A stretch of 64,000 nucleotides of DNA from Cyanobacteria bacterium LVE1205-1 (GCA_041879355.1 CP089922.1:864498-928497); one strand, 5' to 3'. Counted from the stretch's first letter, positions 1-13,493 are shown. Program-made: numbers and translations. Notes: generated from the sequence alone by a model not told the origin.

Positions 1-1277
<1,277 letters not shown>

Positions 1278-1445
1278 TTAATCGGTGAGGTGGTGGAGGG
1301 TATATGGAAAATGCCATCGGGGGATTAGCTCCCACCCTAAAACCAACAGCCTACCAACTTATGAACCAAACCTAAAGGAACTAAGCCCTTATGCGGTTGA
1401 TTAAAAGTTCATACAAGGGGAACAAGACATGCCTGACCACCCTGG

Positions 1446-1997
1446 TCATGAACCTAAACTAAGTGAAATACGTCGAAGCTGACCGCGGATACTGGCATCT
1501 AACACTTGGGAACCTACTTTAATAATCACCCCGCCAATTAAATCGGGATCAACATTAGTGTCCAGTTCAACGTGGAGAGAACCAGTGATGGCAGTGACTT
1601 TCCGTGCAACTTCTTGGCACTGTTGCTCCGTGAGAGTAACAGCAGAAGTTACTTCAGCCAGAACCGTTTGACGTAGTTTGCGTAACAAAGTTTGATAATA
1701 GTTACCAATACCTTGAATTAATTGAATGCGACGGCGATCCACTAGCAACATCAAAAAATTGGTCATCAATGGATGAATTTGCTGAGCCAACAACTGTTGG
1801 AGCACAACTTTTTTTTGCTCTGGTTTAATTAAAGGACTACCAATTAATTGAGTTAGATCGGCTGAATTATCTAGAAGACCAAGTAGAATTTGGATGTCCT
1901 CCTCAAATTTATCAACTAAATTCTGAGATTGGGCAACCGCCATTAATGCTTGGGCATAGGGTTCAACCACTTGTGCAATAAAAGCATTCCCTTTCAT
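1446..1997 (-). CDS. atpD: ATP synthase F1 delta (OSCP) subunit
   Basis: 183 aa with an OSCP-like C-terminus (GGVIIKVGSQVLDASIRGQLRR). It sits between the b and alpha subunits as in the cyanobacterial atp operon. Confidence 0.85.
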   Translation of the reverse strand: MKGNAFIAQVVEPYAQALMAVAQSQNLVDKFEEDIQILLGLLDNSADLTQLIGSPLIKPEQKKVVLQQLLAQQIHPLMTNFLMLLVDRRRIQLIQGIGNYYQTLLRKLRQTVLAEVTSAVTLTEQQCQEVARKVTAITGSLHVELDTNVDPDLIGGVIIKVGSQVLDASIRGQLRRISLSLGS

Positions 1998-2545
1998 GCC
2001 TTACCTCCCAACATGGCAATACTGCGGTCAATGAGTTGTTGTTGAGCAACGGCATCTAATCGATCCACCAACTGTCCCTCAACTCGTTGAATGGCTAACG
2101 CCACCACCTGCTGCCTTAACTGGGCGATCGCCCTCGCTTGTTCCACCTCCAGATCCTTTGCAGCAGTTTCCCGTAGCCTTTCCACATCAACCGCAGCTTG
2201 GGACAGGATGGCATCTTTCACCGACTTAGCATTGGCTTCAGCCGTTATCCGAATATGTTCGGCTTCCTTCTGGGCTTGTGCTAACTTTTGCTGTTGTTCA
2301 GCTAAAGCTACGGCGGCAGTTTTTTTTCGTTCCTCAGCAGATTCAATTGCTTCAGCAATGGCTGACCGGCGATCGCCAAGGGTCTTACTCAAAACATTAC
2401 GACCAAAATAAACTAAAACACTGATTACAATAGCAAGATTGATTAAATTAGCCTCAAAAATATCAAAGTTGAGACCAAATCCTCCAGATGCTTCTTCAGC
2501 AACTTCGGTTGCCAAAATTAAAAAACTATTCATCACTGCGTTCAT
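1994..2545 (-). CDS. atpF: ATP synthase F0 subunit b
   Basis: 183 aa with an N-terminal TM helix followed by a long Ala/Glu/Gln-rich coiled coil. Its stop overlaps the atpD start by 4 bp. Confidence 0.85.
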   Translation of the reverse strand: MNAVMNSFLILATEVAEEASGGFGLNFDIFEANLINLAIVISVLVYFGRNVLSKTLGDRRSAIAEAIESAEERKKTAAVALAEQQQKLAQAQKEAEHIRITAEANAKSVKDAILSQAAVDVERLRETAAKDLEVEQARAIAQLRQQVVALAIQRVEGQLVDRLDAVAQQQLIDRSIAMLGGKA

Positions 2546-2596
2546 ACCAATGCCATTAAAATCAGAAATTTATCAAATCTAACGGTAAACCGTTCC

Positions 2597-3028
2597 TTAA
2601 CCAGCCAATTCATGACCGAGAAGTTTTTGTAAAATCTGATGGCTAAGAGAATCGACTTGCAGTTCCAAACTAGCCAAGGCTGTCTGTTTTTGTTGATCAA
2701 TCTCTCTTTGAGCATTTTCCCGCTCTAATTGAGCTTGCTGCTGAGCCTCTGCAATTAATGTTGCTGTCACCTTTTGAGCTTCAGCCTGAGCAGTTGCAAT
2801 AACAGATTGAGACTTACGTCTTGCCTCTGCCAATTCTTGCTCATATTGCTTGGCAAGTGCTTCGGCTTTCGTTAACCGATCGTTTGCATCCACCTCATTG
2901 GTGCGGATATACTCGCTACGAGCATCTAATGACTGGGTTAGTGGCTTGTAGAAAATTGCATTCAGCACGACGGCAAGTAGTAAGAACTGTACTGCCATCA
3001 CGGGTAATGTCGCATCAAAATCAAACAT
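2597..3028 (-). CDS. atpG: ATP synthase F0 subunit b'
   Basis: 143 aa with a TM helix plus coiled coil, in the expected position between subunits c and b. Confidence 0.8.
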   Translation of the reverse strand: MFDFDATLPVMAVQFLLLAVVLNAIFYKPLTQSLDARSEYIRTNEVDANDRLTKAEALAKQYEQELAEARRKSQSVIATAQAEAQKVTATLIAEAQQQAQLERENAQREIDQQKQTALASLELQVDSLSHQILQKLLGHELAG

Positions 3029-3163
3029 ATTTGCTTAAACCTGCACTGAATAACCGACCTAAAACCTATGGCTAAAAAGGGTGAAGGTAATGGGAGGAAT
3101 CAAACTAAAGCAACTTAGCCCTTCCATAAAACCCCATTACCCGAACCCAATCCAACGGAGAGA

Positions 3164-3445
<282 letters not shown>

Positions 3446-3490
3446 TTAAACGAAAACAAAATTAGAAGATGCGGGTAGAAGATGAGGGAT

Positions 3491-4247
3491 TAAGAATGAT
3501 GCTCCTCATGCTCTTCACCAACCTCGATTGCCTCGTGAATATATGCCGCTGCCAAGGTGGCAAAGACCAAAGCTTGAATTGCACTGGTAAATAACCCTAA
3601 GAGCATTACGGGTAAGGGCACAAACAGGGGAACCAGTAGTACCAGCACAGCCACTACCAATTCATCAGCTAAGATGTTTCCAAAAAGCCGGAAACTTAGG
3701 GAAAGAGGCTTGGTAAAATCTTCCAGTATGGCAATGGGAAGGAGAACAGGGGTTGGTTTGATATACTTGGTAAAGTAATTGAGACCAGCCTTTTAAACCC
3801 TGCATAAAAGTAAGCTAGGGAAACCAGCAAAGCAAGAGCCACCGTCGTATTGATATCGTTGGTGGGGGCTGCCAGTTCACCTTCAGGAAGCTTAATTAAT
3901 TTCCAGGGAACTAAAGCACCAGACCAATTGGAGATGAAAATAAACAAAAATAGTGTACCAATAAATGGTACCCATGGTCGGTATTCCTTTTCTCCAAGTT
4001 GGTTACGGGTCAGCTCACGGACAAACTCTAAAGCATATTCCATCAGATTTTGAATCCCGTTGGGTATTCTTTGGATATTACGAGTTGCTGCTAAAGAAGC
4101 AATCACGAGTAGTCCAATGACGATCCAAGAGGTGATCAAAACTTGACCATGAACTTTCAAGTTACCAAGATGCCAGTAAAAGTGGTGTCCCACTTCCAAG
4201 CTGGCTAATGGCATAGAGACAGGAATCAGAAAATTCAGCATTTCCAT
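3491..4247 (-). CDS. atpI: ATP synthase F0 subunit a, apparent -1 frameshift at about 3785-3790 (C run). The true C-terminus ...[17 protein letters not shown]...[20 protein letters not shown] is in another frame.
   Basis: The N-terminal 150 aa of ORF 3696..4247 match subunit a. A second frame continues with the conserved [13 protein letters not shown] motif to the stop at 3491. Confidence 0.85.
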
Positions 4248-4464
4248 CCGAGTTCTGCGGAGTTGAGCAAAGATACTGGTGAAAGTGATCCGGAACCAAA
4301 TTGGAAATTTTGTCTAGAAACGACTGCCCCACCATTGAACCCCACTTAAATTCCTTGACAAGAGAACCATAGTCGATGAAAACTGATTCCCAAAGTGAAG
4401 GAATAGTGGTGAACAAGAGGGTCACCAGTCAACTTCATGAAACAACTTAACCAAACTAGACCAT

Positions 4465-4829
4465 TTAACCAGACTTGAATAAGCGATTTGGCAAAACAAC
4501 TATTTGTAAGGTGTACGCTAAAATCGCAGCTTTATAGGTTAGGAAACCTAAAAAAATGGGTATTATATGTAGCTGCTCCCATTGAGTTGCTACTATAATC
4601 AAGCCAATAAAGATGACTAATTGGGACTTTCCTAATTTACGGTTTTGATCCCAAGACGTTCGATATTTTTAGCGAGTAATCTTAGGTAAATTAATCCCGC
4701 TCCTGCTCCAAGTAAATAATTCAGAGCAATGTTGAAGGAGTAAGTCAACCAGACAGAAATAAAGACAACTGCTGCTATGCCCCCTGTCCATAGTACCAGT
4801 TGTTGCTTCAGGCGATAATAATCTGCCAT
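4465..4829 (-). CDS. atp1: ATP synthase protein I-like Atp1 (cyanobacterial gene 1), with an apparent frameshift at about 4645-4650
   Basis: ORF 4632..4829 gives [47 protein letters not shown]. The next frame continues ...[32 protein letters not shown], as in Anabaena atp1. Confidence 0.7.
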
Positions 4830-5006
4830 TGGGTTCGTAACTGGTGACAGTGCTTCCGGGGTGAATTAGTTGACGATAAATCGGTGGTCATCCTGTCAGA
4901 ATTTCAAAAAAGCAATCATTTGGTTTAAAGCTGGTGAGATTCACCAATTCCTTAATCGACATTTATCATACCATGTCAAGGGAACAATCCTTAATTTCCA
5001 AGAAGA

Positions 5007-5970
5007 TTATGCTTTTTTCCATTCAGATCCATTGAATCCGCGGGGTATTTCAAGGCAGGGCTGAATGGTTTGAAGGATGGAATTACTCAAGGATTGAAGG
5101 TCATATCCCCCTTCCAACCCAAATACAACCCGATGACTGACTGAAAGGGTTAGTCGGGAAAGAAGAGCAAAATCCTCAGGATATAATGAAATACTCGACA
5201 AAGGGTCATCGTCATTCCCATCGTATCCAGCACTCACCAGCAACAAATCGGGTTTGATGTCTTTTAAAAAGGGAATCACATGATGGGTGAAAGCAGCTTC
5301 ATAGGCTTGGATGGTACTACCAGAGTCCATCGGCAGATTCAATACATTATGGTGCCACCCCTTTTCGTGGGGTGATCCAGTATGGGGATAAGCGGGTGAT
5401 TGGTGCAGGGAACAAAAAATAGTTGGGGATTTTTCTCCACCATTGCCTGGGTGCCATTCCCATGGTGAACATCCCAATCTAAAATGGCTACCCGGTGGAT
5501 ATGGGGTTGGGTTAGGGCATAGTGGGCAGCAATGGCAGCATTATTGAATACACAAAACCCCATACCTTGGTTAGCTAGGGCGTGATGCCCGGGGGACGGG
5601 CTAAAATAAAAACTGGATGGTTGGTGGTGAGTACCGTATCCACCCCATCCAGCCAGGCACTAACTGCTAATAAGGCGATGTCATAGGTACGGGGACAGAT
5701 GGGAGTATCGGGATCAAGATAGCCCCCTCCTTGTTGAGCTATCTGTTGAACTTGGTTGATATAAGCATCGGTATGCACCTGACGAATTGCTGATAGCACC
5801 CGGTTACGGTTCGATGGACTGATGGGGGTGGGGGGATGCCATTCTAATTGGTGGGATACTGGAGACGCTTTCAGTCGATTTACAATTGCAGTTAATCGTT
5901 TTGACGATTCTGGATGAAAAAGACCTGTATCATGTTCAAGGAATTCATCAGTATAAATAACTGGGAACAT
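5007..5970 (-). CDS. Histone-deacetylase-family amidohydrolase (AcuC/HDAC-like), split into 3 ORFs by two single-base indels
   Basis: Three overlapping minus-strand ORFs carry consecutive HDAC motifs: FHPESSKRL, then DWDVHHGNGTQ, then SAGYDG. Confidence 0.75.
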
Positions 5971-6032
5971 GGAGATTACCTCAATAAACTACTATGCCTT
6001 GGATAAACGGATCATCCTCCTTCCCTACTCCC

Positions 6033-7520
6033 CTAACGGGGCATCACCCTCATTAAGTCTATATTTGCTTCAATGGTATTTACCAAAATATCCAGACTGG
6101 CTTCCCGTTGTTCCTGGAAATTAGGGATACCCGTGGGTAAAGACTTCAGCCCCCGTTGTTGGCGAAGGCGGTTTAACCATGCCCGCCGCCAACAACCATT
6201 CTCAAAAATACCATGGAGGTAAGTACCCCAGAGGCATTGGCTGCTGTCTACCATTCCCAGAGTTCCATCGTCAAATAATGGCATCATGGTGAGGGGAGGG
6301 TTTTTTGTGCCACCACTGATAGGAGTGGTGCGTCCCTGATGGATTTCATAACCACGGATAGGGAGTCCGGTCTGGGGATAAAGGGAGTAGACCTGCCGTT
6401 GACGGGTAATTTTTGTCCCGCTGATGGTCGTTTTCAGGGGTAACAACTGAAGACCTATAAAACGACCCTCTAACCCCTCTGTACCTTCAGGATCAGCAAT
6501 GGTTTCACCCATCATTTGAAATCCTCCACAGATACCTAACAGGGTGCCGCCGGAAAGAACATAGTCACGGATTTGTGCCGCTAGTTGGGTTTTTTGCATT
6601 GCCAACAGGTCGGAAATGGTGGTTTTTGTCCCTGGGATAATGACGGCATCAGGACGACCTAAGGTGTCCCTAAGACCCAAATACTTTAGGTTGACACTTG
6701 GTTCGGCTGCCAAGGGGTCAAAATCAGTAAAGTTTGAGATGCGGGGTAAACGAATTACGGCAATAGTTAGGTCGCTACTACTCTTATCATTCCGACGTTC
6801 CCATAAGTCTAAAGAGTCTTCTGATGGAAAGGCATGGTCTAACCAAGGGATAACACCAATGACGGGAATCCCAACCCGGTTCTCCAGCCAAGTAATCCCT
6901 GAATCGAGGAGCGATCGCCGCCCGCGGAATTTATTGATAATAATCCCCTTGATCAAGGCACGTTCTTCAGGTTCTAGGAGTTCCAGGGTGCCAACCACAT
7001 GGGCAAATGCTCCTCCCCGTTCAATATCAACAACTAAGATGGTATGAGCATTTAGGTACTTAGCTACCCGCATGTTGGTTAAATCCCGATGCTTAAGATT
7101 AATTTCCGCTGGACTACCAGCCCCCTCGCAAACGATGATGTCATAATTGGCAGTTAGATAGTTGAGGGACCGCTGGATTTCCTGCCAACCCCGATCAAAG
7201 AATTGTTCATAATATTCTTCGGCTCCAACCTGTCCCTGTACGTTACCATTCAGGATGACTTGGGATGTCATATCTCCCAGGGGCTTGAGCAAAATTGGAT
7301 TCATTTCCACACGGGGAAGGATGCCAGCCGCCCATGCTTGCACTGCCTGGGCATAAGCAATTTCCGCCCCATTGGCAGTCACATAGGCATTTAGGGACAT
7401 ATTTTGTCCCTTAAAAGGAGTTACCCGCCACCCTTGCTTGTGTAGGATGCGGCATAATGCAGCTGTAATCAACGATTTGCCGGCATAGGAAGTTGTCCCC
7501 ACAACCATTAAAGCTTTCAT
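6033..7520 (-). CDS. cobQ: Cobyric acid synthase
   Basis: 495 aa with an N-terminal CobQ/CobB ATP-binding domain (VVGTTSYAGKS) and a C-terminal glutamine amidotransferase domain (GICGGFQMMG). Confidence 0.9.
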   Translation of the reverse strand: MKALMVVGTTSYAGKSLITAALCRILHKQGWRVTPFKGQNMSLNAYVTANGAEIAYAQAVQAWAAGILPRVEMNPILLKPLGDMTSQVILNGNVQGQVGAEEYYEQFFDRGWQEIQRSLNYLTANYDIIVCEGAGSPAEINLKHRDLTNMRVAKYLNAHTILVVDIERGGAFAHVVGTLELLEPEERALIKGIIINKFRGRRSLLDSGITWLENRVGIPVIGVIPWLDHAFPSEDSLDLWERRNDKSSSDLTIAVIRLPRISNFTDFDPLAAEPSVNLKYLGLRDTLGRPDAVIIPGTKTTISDLLAMQKTQLAAQIRDYVLSGGTLLGICGGFQMMGETIADPEGTEGLEGRFIGLQLLPLKTTISGTKITRQRQVYSLYPQTGLPIRGYEIHQGRTTPISGGTKNPPLTMMPLFDDGTLGMVDSSQCLWGTYLHGIFENGCWRRAWLNRLRQQRGLKSLPTGIPNFQEQREASLDILVNTIEANIDLMRVMPR

Positions 7521-7534
7521 GAATTCTTTTTAAT

Positions 7535-8488
7535 CTAGGTAAATAAATTGACTGGAGCCCCATTTTCCTTTTCCGTCACCACCTCTCTTTTGAGACTGTT
7601 CCCTCCAGTAGATTCCACTCCTGAATTTCTGGAGAACTTTACATGATCAACCTTCGCCAGATACCCCAACCAAGGCAAAGCTAATTGAGCAAAGTGCTCC
7701 CCTGAGCCACTGACATAAAAGTGAGTTGACGGAGTCAGAGAGGAAGTATTGCGGAGATTCAAAGAATCCAATTCCTGTACCGCTGAATGAACCACATAGA
7801 CGGCAGGGTCAACCGTCGTAACGGATGGGGGCAAAAAGGTCTTAAGAATTGGTGCTAAATGGGGATAATGGGTACAGCCATAAACCAAGGTATCCATTCC
7901 TAATGCTAGAAGAGGATCGATATAACCTCGAACAACTTGGAGGGTCAGAGGGTCATGAATACGCCCCTGTTCAATTAAAGGAACAAATTCGGGACAACTT
8001 ACTTGCCAAATGGTGACTGCCGGATCAATCTCTAACATTGCTTGTTTATAAGCATTACTCGCGGTTGTGGCGGGAGTGGCAATCACACCAATTCGTTTTC
8101 CCTGACCAACGGCTGCTCTGGCTCCGGGTAGAATCAACCCTAAAATGGGAATATTAAATTCACTTCGGATAGTGTCTAATGCCAATGCGGAACTGGTGTT
8201 ACAGGCCATAATCACCATCTTTACTCCCGTAAGAGTCATCCATGCAATGATGTCTCTGACAAACTGGATGATTTCAGTCTGGGAGCGTGTACCGTAGGGT
8301 AACCGGGCTGTATCCCCAAAATACAGAATCGATTCATTGGGCAATTGTCGGTAAAGTTCTCTAAGGACTGTTAGACCCCCAAGTCCACTGTCAAACATTC
8401 CAATCGGAAAATTTTTCACATTTTCAACTGTTGTCTGATGACAACTTTCACCACGAAAAAGATTGGACACGTTGTAATAAAAAAACAA
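7535..8488 (-). CDS. murI: Glutamate racemase; the true start is probably about 25 codons inside the ORF
   Basis: FPIGMFDSGLGGLTVLRE...YFGDTARLPYG and VYGCTHYP are MurI motifs. Confidence 0.85.
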   Translation of the reverse strand: MFFYYNVSNLFRGESCHQTTVENVKNFPIGMFDSGLGGLTVLRELYRQLPNESILYFGDTARLPYGTRSQTEIIQFVRDIIAWMTLTGVKMVIMACNTSSALALDTIRSEFNIPILGLILPGARAAVGQGKRIGVIATPATTASNAYKQAMLEIDPAVTIWQVSCPEFVPLIEQGRIHDPLTLQVVRGYIDPLLALGMDTLVYGCTHYPHLAPILKTFLPPSVTTVDPAVYVVHSAVQELDSLNLRNTSSLTPSTHFYVSGSGEHFAQLALPWLGYLAKVDHVKFSRNSGVESTGGNSLKREVVTEKENGAPVNLFT

Positions 8489-8732
8489 ATAATTTAACTT
8501 TTGTAATATATAGCATTCTCTCAGATAAAGGTCTAGTTGGGTTGAATTTAGTCAAACCATGATTTAATCAACTTATTCAAAAGGTTGAATGGATGAACAG
8601 ACCCAATCACCAGGGACTACCCCGTCCCCATGTGAATTCATGGTTTAGTGATACTAAGGAGGTTAGGTTAAGGACAATCATCTGTTTAGTTTGGAGAAAA
8701 ACTCAGTAAAATAGCCTTAAGGGAAACGTACT

Positions 8733-10213
8733 TTGTCTGGGGGCATATTGCTAGAAAATCACTTAAATCCACTCCTGAATCTTCCTTATGAACCCGTTTT
8801 AGAAAAGTTGGGTTCCGACTACTATGATCCCGTTTATGCTGCTGAATTTCCACAGCATAGGCTACGGTTTTGTAATTACCCATTACTTGCTTTCCTTGGG
8901 TTGGACCCCAATCAAGTCAGCGACGAAGACTTGATTCAAGCCTTTGGTCAATTTCAAGGTCGGGGTCCATTTCTTGCCCTGCGGTACCATGGATATCAAT
9001 TTGGTGAATATAATCCGTATTTAGGAGATGGACGGGGATTTTTGTATGGACAGGTGCGGGGAATAGATGGGAAACTATATGACTTAGGTACTAAGGGCTC
9101 AGGCACCACCCCCTATTCCCGGGGCGGAGATGGACGACTCACATTAAAGGGGGGGTAAGGGAAGTATTAGCGGCAGAATCCTTGTATAGTCAAGGTGTCT
9201 ATACTTCCCGCTGTCTAAGCCTTATTGAAACAGGAGAACAATTATGGCGGGGCGATGAACCATCACCGACCCGTTCATCTGTTATGGTTCGTTTTTCTCG
9301 TTCCCATATTCGTTTTGGCACTTTTGAACGCCTGTTAGCCATTGGTCGCCACGACCTAATCTCTCCACTGCTAGACCATGTTATTGACCAGTATTACCCT
9401 CAACTTCATGGACAAGTGGATGCCTATATTGCTTTTTATCACCAACTGGTGAAGCGGATTGCCCATCTAGCCGCGCAGTGGATGGCAGCAGGGTTTTGTC
9501 ATGGTGTTCTTAATACCGACAACATGTCCATCTCCGGGGAGAGTTTTGATTATGGACCCTATGCTTTTATTCCCAGCTACAACCCTCGATTTACCGCTGC
9601 CTACTTCAATCACTTTGGTCGGTACGCCTATGGGAACCAACCTCAAGTGTGTCGTTGGAACTTAGAAATGTTGCAACGTCCACTGGAAGTGATTATTTCC
9701 AGTGGGGAGTTGAAGTCTAGTTTAGATGAATTCGAAACTTACTATCTTGGTGAGTATTCCCGATTCATGTTACTCAAACTTGGTTTTGACCAACTTCCCA
9801 TTCCAATTGCATCTGATTTGTTAGAGCATACTCTTAATTTTCTGTTCGCCAGTCAGGTGAGTTACCCTGGTTTTTTTGCAACCCTGAGTAGGAAGTTCAA
9901 CCCTGGTTGGCGTAATGGATGGGACACAATACTAGGGGAGTTGACAGAGAGCGGAGTCCACCTGAATACTGAACATCAGTTCTTATTTGAACAATGGCAA
10001 CAGATTTACCACCGAGCTCTATTGGAAGTACCACTCAGGGAATTACCAACCATTGGGGAGCGATTGCGACGACATAACCCACAAACCTATTTGTTACGTC
10101 CAACCATTGAAACAGTATGGGAAGCCATTGACCAGAATAATGACTGGGAACCATTTAATTTGTTGGTGACCGCAATTCAAACTAAAACTCAGCCTCAACA
10201 TTGGTCAGTATAA
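8733..10213 (+). CDS. selO: Protein adenylyltransferase SelO (YdiU/UPF0061), frameshift in a G7 run at about 9146-9152
   Basis: ORF1 ends ...[26 protein letters not shown]. The next frame continues [28 protein letters not shown]...SHIRFGTFE, which matches the SelO kinase-like fold. Confidence 0.85.
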
Positions 10214-11179
10214 ACGGCTCAGGACGTAATCAGTCAATTCAATTAAGGTGGTATGGGACTCTGAGGGTGGAAGGTCAGCCAAGGACTGGATTGCTAACTG
10301 CCGATGATGGGCAGCAAGATGACGGGATCGATCAATACCATCACTAGAACGGACAAGGGCGATCGCCTGTTCTAAATCACCGGGTTGAGCAAATTCCCGT
10401 TCAATGAGTAACTCCAGGGCAGGCTGCTGTTCTAATGCATAGAGTATGGGGGCAGTTAAGTTGCCATCTTGCAAATCAGAGGCGGCTGGTTTACCCAACG
10501 TTTCGGAAGAACCTGTGAAATCTAATATGTCATCTACAATTTGAAATGCAAGACCAATATGGCGACCATATAGATACAAATTTTCTGACCTGCTAGCAGA
10601 TAAACCACTGAGTAAAGCAGCGGCTTTAGCACTATTTGCAATTAAAGATGCAGTTTTGTAATAACTTTTTTCAAGATAGTCATCAATGGATAAAGCCGTA
10701 TCAAATCGCTTTAAGCCTTGACGAATTTCTCCCTCAGCCAAGTCCATAATTACCTGGGACAGTAATTTAACAACTTCAAGGTTATTGAGATTAGCAAGGT
10801 ACCAAGAGGATTTGGCAAATAGAAAATCACCCGCTAGCACCCGCAATCCGGTTGCCAAAACTACTATGAACCGTTGGTACACCACGACGGGTGTTAGCTT
10901 CATCCACAACATCATCATGGACTAAACTAGCGGTATGAATCATTTCAGTAATTTCAGCTAAACGTCGATGGTGGGGAGTGATATCTTGGTTGGGGGGCAA
11001 TGTTGCCCGCGAGACCAATAACACTATCGCAGGTCGAATCCGCTTTCCTCCAGCACTAAACAGATGTTCAGCTGCAGCATATAAAATTGGATGGCGGATG
11101 CCAACTAAGTTTTTAAGATTTTCTGTAAGTTGCAGTAAATCTTTTTCGACAGGGAAAAAAGAGTAGTAGCTGAAGTCAT
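10205..11179 (-). CDS. sds: All-trans polyprenyl (solanesyl) diphosphate synthase, two homopolymer frameshifts (about 10860 and about 11140)
   Basis: [15 protein letters not shown] (first DDxxD), [10 protein letters not shown] (second), and the N-terminus [39 protein letters not shown]. Confidence 0.85.
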
Positions 11180-11402
11180 GGATAAGCCGACCCCGGCATT
11201 TAGTTAAGAAATTTTACATATATTTATTTTAAGATATGATTTCCTCACTTTTTCTGATAAACCAATAGATTTATCCATCCTTTTTGGAATTTTTACTGGG
11301 TACCCGAATTAAACGGATGAAATTCAACTGTAAACCTCAGCCCAGACAGAAAAAACGGTGAACCATACCCAAAAAATATGACTTTATTGGCACTAGAAAA
11401 AA

Positions 11403-11487
11403 CGGAGAGGGTGGGATTTGAACCCACGGAACCTTTCGGTTCACTCGATTTCAAGTCGAGCGCGTTCGACCACTCTGCCACCTCTCC
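11403..11487 (-). tRNA. tRNA-Ser (anticodon UGA), class II with a long variable arm
   Basis: Minus-strand sequence GGAGAGGTGGCAGAGTGGTCGAACGCGCTCGACTTGAAATCGAG...GGTTCAAATCCCACCCTCTCCG. The anticodon loop CTTGAAA has TGA central, and the acceptor stem is 7 bp. Confidence 0.9.
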
Positions 11488-11609
11488 AACAAAATCTAAA
11501 TCACTTATACCATATTTTCTATGGGATTTTAATTAGAACATCTACTTTTCTATTTAAGAGCCAACTTTTAAGTTAATAAACAGGGTTGCCAAAAAAGTTA
11601 ACTGGGCAG

Positions 11610-12573
11610 CTAAGGCAAATAAATATACCACGGCTCTAGTTTAAAGATTGATAACATTAGTCCTATCCCTTTGAGGTCAATCATAGGACCAAAGACAAGG
11701 AAAGCCAATAACGAGCCACTGGTAAATGTGGCGGCAAAGGATAGGGCAAAAAAAGAATCCACGGTGGAACAAATTGAAACTAATGCCGCTAAAAGCATCA
11801 TGGCCAAAATGGAAGTGACAGGACCCTGACCAAGTCCCAGTACCAATTCACGGGGAGCAGAAATTTGAATAAAGGCAGCGATGGCACTACCCAATACCAG
11901 CACCCCTCCCAGTTCTCTCACTTCTTGAATAGTATTTTCCACGAAAAGACTCAACCGGGGGAAAAGGCAGGGCAGGGTTACTAGAACTGAGGGAGGGAAC
12001 CATGGTATCCAGCCGGACAGGAGTTGTTCCTGATTGCCCTAACAAAAAAGTACCGGATTGCAATAAAGGGGATAAGGATTGGTTTGGTTGATTCGATTGG
12101 TTATCCGCCAACCGAGGCATAGCCCTGGCAACGGATGGTTGTAAAAGGGGGCGTAAATCGGTTTGGGCACTAAACACCCAACCTACAATGGTTGCAATGG
12201 TTAAGGACAATAATAAGCGTAAAACCACTATTTCCGGTTGATCCCGGAATGCTGTCCAAGTGGACCATAACACAATGGGGTTGACCGTCGGAGCCGCTAG
12301 TAAAAAGCCAATGGCAACTGGAGAGGGAGCCCCTTGCATCAACAATCGTCTTGCCACAGGAACATTACCACATTCGCACACTGGGAATAGGAAACCAACC
12401 ATACTCCCAGCCAATGCTCCCCAAAATGCATGCTTTGGCAAATAAGCAATTAGTTTACGTTCATCTACAAAAAACAACAGCAGGCTGGAAAATAGAACTC
12501 CCAACAGTAAAAATGGAAATGCTTCTACTAAAAGACTAAGGAAGAGAGTAAACCCTTTTTGAAGTTGAACCAT
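11610..12573 (-). CDS. DUF318/ArsP-like two-repeat permease, with an apparent frameshift at about 11900-11960
   Basis: The N-terminal half has the FPVCECGNVPVARRL motif. The C-terminal ORF carries the second repeat, ...CSTVDSFFALSF. Confidence 0.7.
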
Positions 12574-12650
12574 GGCGATGCTCCAGAGATATTAAAAAAT
12601 ATGAGTACATTCGTCCCCCGTCCAGGGGAAGAATCAACAGGTCTAGGACT

Positions 12651-12805
12651 GGTTGACTGACAAAAGTTGTATGCCCTCACCCCTAACCCCTCTCCCAGGG
12701 GGCGAGGGGAGCCGATTCCACCCCTCCTGTTCCCTCTCCCGATGGGAGAGGGCTAGGGTGAGGGCTTTCGGGGTTTTGGCTGAGAAGTTTTGTCAGTCAA
12801 TCAGG
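12651..12805. mobile_element. MITE-like palindromic element, copy 1 (about 155 bp, TIR TTGACTGACAAAAGTTGT)
   Basis: Near-identical copies at 21148, 25119, 43792 and 56224. It has nested inverted repeats (GCCCTCACCC/GGGTGAGGGC) and flanking 9 bp direct repeats. Confidence 0.7.
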
Positions 12806-12824
12806 GTCTAAGTTGTAACCCTCA

Positions 12825-13493
12825 TTAGGGGAAGCGAAGTCGGTTATGATCCAATAGTTCTAATAATTCATAGGGATGATGAATTAGAAAGTCAGGGTGA
12901 TGCTGGGCTAAGGTTTCGGCTGTATTAAACCCCCATGCCACGCTAATCATCTTAATCTTAACTGCTTGGGCAGCGTCAATATCTCGGGTTTCATCTCCAA
13001 CGTAAATGATCTCGCCAGGAGTGAGACCCTCCCTGGCTAGCAATTGTTTCATGATTCGACTTTTTCCAAACAGGGTGGCACCAGAGTGAATAAAGTCAAA
13101 CATACTCTCTAATCCCTGTTTCTTCAAGAAAGTGGTAACGTTGACCGATGAATTGGACGTCACAATACCTAACCGATGTCCCCTCTGTCGTAGAGTTGTT
13201 AACACGGACATCACGCCGATGATGGGTTTGAGATGTTGGATTTCTCGATTTAATTCAGTTTGAACCCGACGAATTAAAAATGGAATTTTGACCAATGGGA
13301 TTCGCGATCGCCGAATGACCTCCCGAGCATTTAAGTTACGGTAGCTTTCAACCTCCCTCTGGCTGACTGGGGTAAACCCAAATTCGGGTGCCAACCGATT
13401 AGCGATGGTTACAATTGCATCAAGGGTGTCCGCAATAGTGCCATCAAAGTCAAACACAATAACCGGCAGTGGAGGAGGGAAATGATGACTCAC
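12825..13493 (-). CDS. HAD-superfamily hydrolase (phosphoglycolate-phosphatase-like)
   Basis: VIVFDFDGTIADT and YVGDETRDIDAA are HAD motifs I and IV. Confidence 0.8.
   Translation of the reverse strand: MSHHFPPPLPVIVFDFDGTIADTLDAIVTIANRLAPEFGFTPVSQREVESYRNLNAREVIRRSRIPLVKIPFLIRRVQTELNREIQHLKPIIGVMSVLTTLRQRGHRLGIVTSNSSVNVTTFLKKQGLESMFDFIHSGATLFGKSRIMKQLLAREGLTPGEIIYVGDETRDIDAAQAVKIKMISVAWGFNTAETLAQHHPDFLIHHPYELLELLDHNRLRFP

Noticed and set aside
11293-11481. 62 aa ORF on the minus strand
   Set aside because: It overlaps tRNA-Ser(UGA) exactly, so it is spurious.
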